From: Squalus acanthias
Lineage: Eukaryota
Direction: 5' to 3'
DNA length: 64,000 nucleotides
Assembly (NCBI GenBank): GCA_030390025.1
Contig: CM059433.1
Coordinates: 2,418,001-2,482,000, forward strand
A model generated the notes under the pieces. That model had not been told where the DNA came from. It saw only the letters and a program-made list of their open reading frames with translations, and made no database searches. The position numbers and the translations under genes were made by a program. Positions 60,771 through 64,000 of this stretch are shown piece after piece. The number at the start of each line of letters is the position of its first letter. Positions within the stretch are counted from its first letter, which is position 1.

Positions 60771-62564
60771 CGCTCTATTATTTGGAAGTCTCAGCCCATT
60801 AGAGATCTGCCTCCTCTCGCCAAACTCTCAGTGGCCGATGTAAAATTAAACTTGTGCTCCTCACATTACATTCTAATCCTGGTCCATAATATCAGCCTAT
60901 AACCTGTTACCCATTGTCATACATGGAAACCCAACATCAAGCAGTCCTTACATCAAATATTCCTGTAATTTATTACAACTATTTACAAAATCATCATTTG
61001 GTTCTGTTACCTTGCACACCCCTTGTTACCATACAACCTTTTCTTTCCCAATTCTAACACTTCTACATGTCAGTTGAGGGCCTGGGTTCTGAGATGTAGC
61101 TGGCTGCTGTATTATATTGTGAGCCTCTTAGGATAGAAGTGACCCTTCTCTCAATGCCCCCAAGTCCTGGGATAGACACGGGACAGGTTGATTCTTTGTC
61201 ATGGGCTCCTTGGTAGCCTGCTTCTGCAAAGATGAAGGCTTCTGTGGGGAAGTGATGGATTGCTCCTCTGTGCTGCTGATGTAAGGGGAAGCAGCCTCTG
61301 AGGCACACATCCCAGCTTAGCCACTGGTACTGGGAACCAGTGATCAGTAAAAGAATATACCTCACTGAATCAAAAAGATCCTTACATACCTGAGAGAGAG
61401 TCAAGTGAACATCCTTTAGCCCCTCTGAGATGCTGCCTGAATGCCTTGCAATCCAATTGACAATGCCCTCTCCAGATGGTCCCCCAAGACCTACAGTCCT
61501 TCATTCAATTCCTCCACATTGAGTTAACTGGATCTCTCACGAAATGGGGAAAGGATAGCAAAAGCTCCTGCAGCTGGCACTTTCTCCAGGCTATCCTACA
61601 AGGAGTTGAACCTTTCTCAGATGTTGGCACACAGAAAGGCAGTGGACTTCACTGCTATCCTTTCCATTTATCGCACATCTTGAGAGCAGTCACACAGAGC
61701 CTTCATATGTGCCTAATGCTTTGCTATTGTCCTTTTCTTCATAGATGGACCCCTGAGATCATCATGTGTTTGCTCTGCAGTCTGAGGCTGAGATATCGTA
61801 CATCTGTTCTCAACTAAACCGGGCTCCACTTCCATATCTGCACCCTCTGGCTTCCTTGTGCAGCAAGTGTTGATTCCTCATCTACACAATCTGTAGCCCC
61901 TCAATTGGGTGCCCCTGGGCTGCTGAGTGCAAGGGGGAGGATCAATGATGGGGTGGGCGAGTGAGCGCCAGTGTTGGCAGAGGCAGAGGAGACTGCAAGG
62001 TCTTCACCAATGTTTTCTTGCAGCAGGAGAAATAAACCAGCGCTGTTAACTTCGGTGTGCTTGAGCAGCATTCTATCATAATCAATTACTTTCTATAGTT
62101 CTTAGAAGGGAAGTGGTAGCTGGTGAGGATATTGAAGAATACACAGAAACATTAAAAAAAAATATGCACTCTCACAAACCCACTGCAGGCACAAGATCCT
62201 ACATCTCCATCCCCACCTGCCAGGCCAGAGTGAAAGCCAATTAAGGATTTTGCTTCCTCTTCATGTGGTGTCAAATATTGGATGTTGGCACATCCCCCTC
62301 CTGTAACCTGCCGTTCCCTGGCATTGTGTGCTGTCTTCTCCTGCAGGAGAAATGCATAGTTTTAATTAGCTGCTGCAGTCTCCAGATCCTACAGTCACAC
62401 TCAGGATTCGTGGAATGTATGGTAGTAAGGGTAGGTATCAGGGAGCAAGGATCTAGGCTGTGAGACTTCAGTGTGTTTAGCATGTTTTACAGAACATGAA
62501 ACAGTCAACAAGAGTGCTGCCAAGTTACTTTGCTTCTGGGACAAGGGACATGATGCCTTGTGAT

Positions 62565-62963
62565 ACCCTCCACCACCGGCGTACCGTGTCTGCAGTGTGT
62601 ACCATCTACAAGATGCACTGCAGCAACTCGCCAAGGCTTCTTCGGCAGCACCTTCCAAACCCACGACCTCTTCCACCTAGAAGGACAAGGGCAGCAGGCA
62701 CATGGGAACACCACCACCTCCAAGTTCCCCTCCAAGTCACACATCATCCTGACTTAGAAGTATATCAGGCCGTTCCTTCATCGTCGCTGGGTCAAAATCC
62801 TGGAACTCCCTCCCTAACAGCACTGTGGGAGTACCTTCACCACACGGACTGCAGCGGTTCAAGAAGGTGGGTCACCACCACCTTCTCAAGGGCAACTAGG
62901 GATGGACAATAAATGCTGGCCTTGCCAGCGACGGCCCGGATCCCATAAGCGAATTAAAAAAAA
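62565..62963 (+). mobile_element. Zenon-like CR1-group LINE 3' end
   Basis: Matches 43965-44357. Confidence 0.88.
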
Positions 62964-62969
62964 CCCTAA

Positions 62970-63448
62970 AGGGCTACCAGAATTTAACAGAATGGTTCCG
63001 GGGATGGGGGATCTTAGCTACAAGGACAGATTGGAGAAGCTGGATTTGTTTTCATTAGAGCAAAGGAGGTGAGTTGATAGATGTGTGTACAAGATTATGA
63101 TGGGTTTGGATAGGTTAGACGGGGAAAGGCTGTTCCCACTAGTTGATGGTACAAGAACTAGGTGACACAGATTTAAGGTATTGGGCAAGAGATACAGGGG
63201 GGATGTGAGGAAAAACTTTTTTACGCAGCGAGTGGTGAGGACCTGGAACTCGCTGCCGACGGAAGTGGTGGAAGCGGAGACACTCAATGATTTCAAGGGG
63301 AGACTGGATAGGCACTTGAGGGAAATAAACTTGCAGGGCTACGGGGATAGAGCGGGGGAATGGGACTGACTGGATTGCTCTACAGAGAGCCGAACGGCCT
63401 CCTTCCGTGCCGTTATGACTCTATATGACTCTATGACTATGACTCTAT
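62970..63448 (+). mobile_element. CR1 3' fragment
   Basis: NFFTQRVVRTWNSLPTEVVEA; (TGACTCTA)-like tail repeats. Confidence 0.88.
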
Positions 63449-63788
63449 TACACTAGGTGAATTACAACATTTACCTGGGGCTCATTTCTCCACTTTAGGT
63501 GTTATGGCTGTCCACTGCAGCTTTAATAATAGTAAAGTTAGTTACTCTGTTCTGGCCCAGGGCTCCACCGGCCGCTGCAAGTGCTCCTTGTGCCATTGCT
63601 GACAGCTGCAAAAAAATAAATTGGGCAGCAGTCACGCTGTTTGGCACCTTTTAAATACCTCAACAAACATAAATAAAGTAAACATAGCCTCTGAAGCAGC
63701 TCGAGTGGAGGTTTGGACTTCTGAACCGTGTTGACTGTCACGGCAACTGGTGCCATGGGACACAGTTAAAGAGGTAAGCCAGATAACA

Positions 63789-64000
63789 TCAGAACATAAG
63801 AAATAGGAGCAGGAGTAGGTCATTCGGCCCCTCGAGCCTGCTCCGCCATTCAATACGATCATGGCTGATCTGATCTTGGCCTTAACTCCACCTCCCTGCC
63901 CGCTCCTCATAACCCTTGACTCCCTTATCGTTCAAAAATCTCTCTATCTCCACCTTAAATATATTCAATGACCCAGCCTCCACAGCTCTCTGGGGAAGAG
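63789..64000 (-). mobile_element. CR1 3' end, continues beyond the window
   Basis: AGAACATAAGAAATAGGAGCAGGAG... as at 19178. Confidence 0.85.

Noticed and set aside
1..64000. CRISPR arrays, operons or prokaryotic defence systems
   Set aside because: No regularly spaced repeat-spacer structure or bacterial gene organisation; the content is vertebrate-type repeats.

Overview
Eukaryotic, repeat-saturated DNA, most likely intronic or intergenic sequence from a cartilaginous fish. That assignment is inferred from an HE1-like V-SINE, SacSINE1-like DeuSINEs and the LINE complement. I could not support any host gene; there is only one weak 42-nt candidate exon. Retroelements: one apparently full-length CR1 LINE with both ORFs open (47816-48760 and 48808-51744) plus many CR1 fragments, a Tx1-clade LINE remnant, RTE and L2 fragments, a CR1-group (Zenon-like) LINE that starts with a tRNA-like head and has no ORF1 plus its bipartite short derivative, and Penelope-like elements carrying minimal hammerhead ribozymes. 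DNA transposons: a PIF/Harbinger landscape of decayed transposase genes, three-exon Myb/SANT partner genes, and several MITE families with 3-bp TSDs. Most notable observations: (1) an in-phase U-UUA-AAC slippery heptamer at the ORF1 stop of two different CR1 subfamilies, with ORF2 open in the -1 frame; (2) the tRNA-headed ORF1-less LINE and its SINE-like partner; (3) hammerhead motifs showing compensatory changes; (4) a Tx1 3' end landing inside a SINE A-box. Family names come from motif recognition by eye, not database searches, and boundaries without a TSD are approximate.
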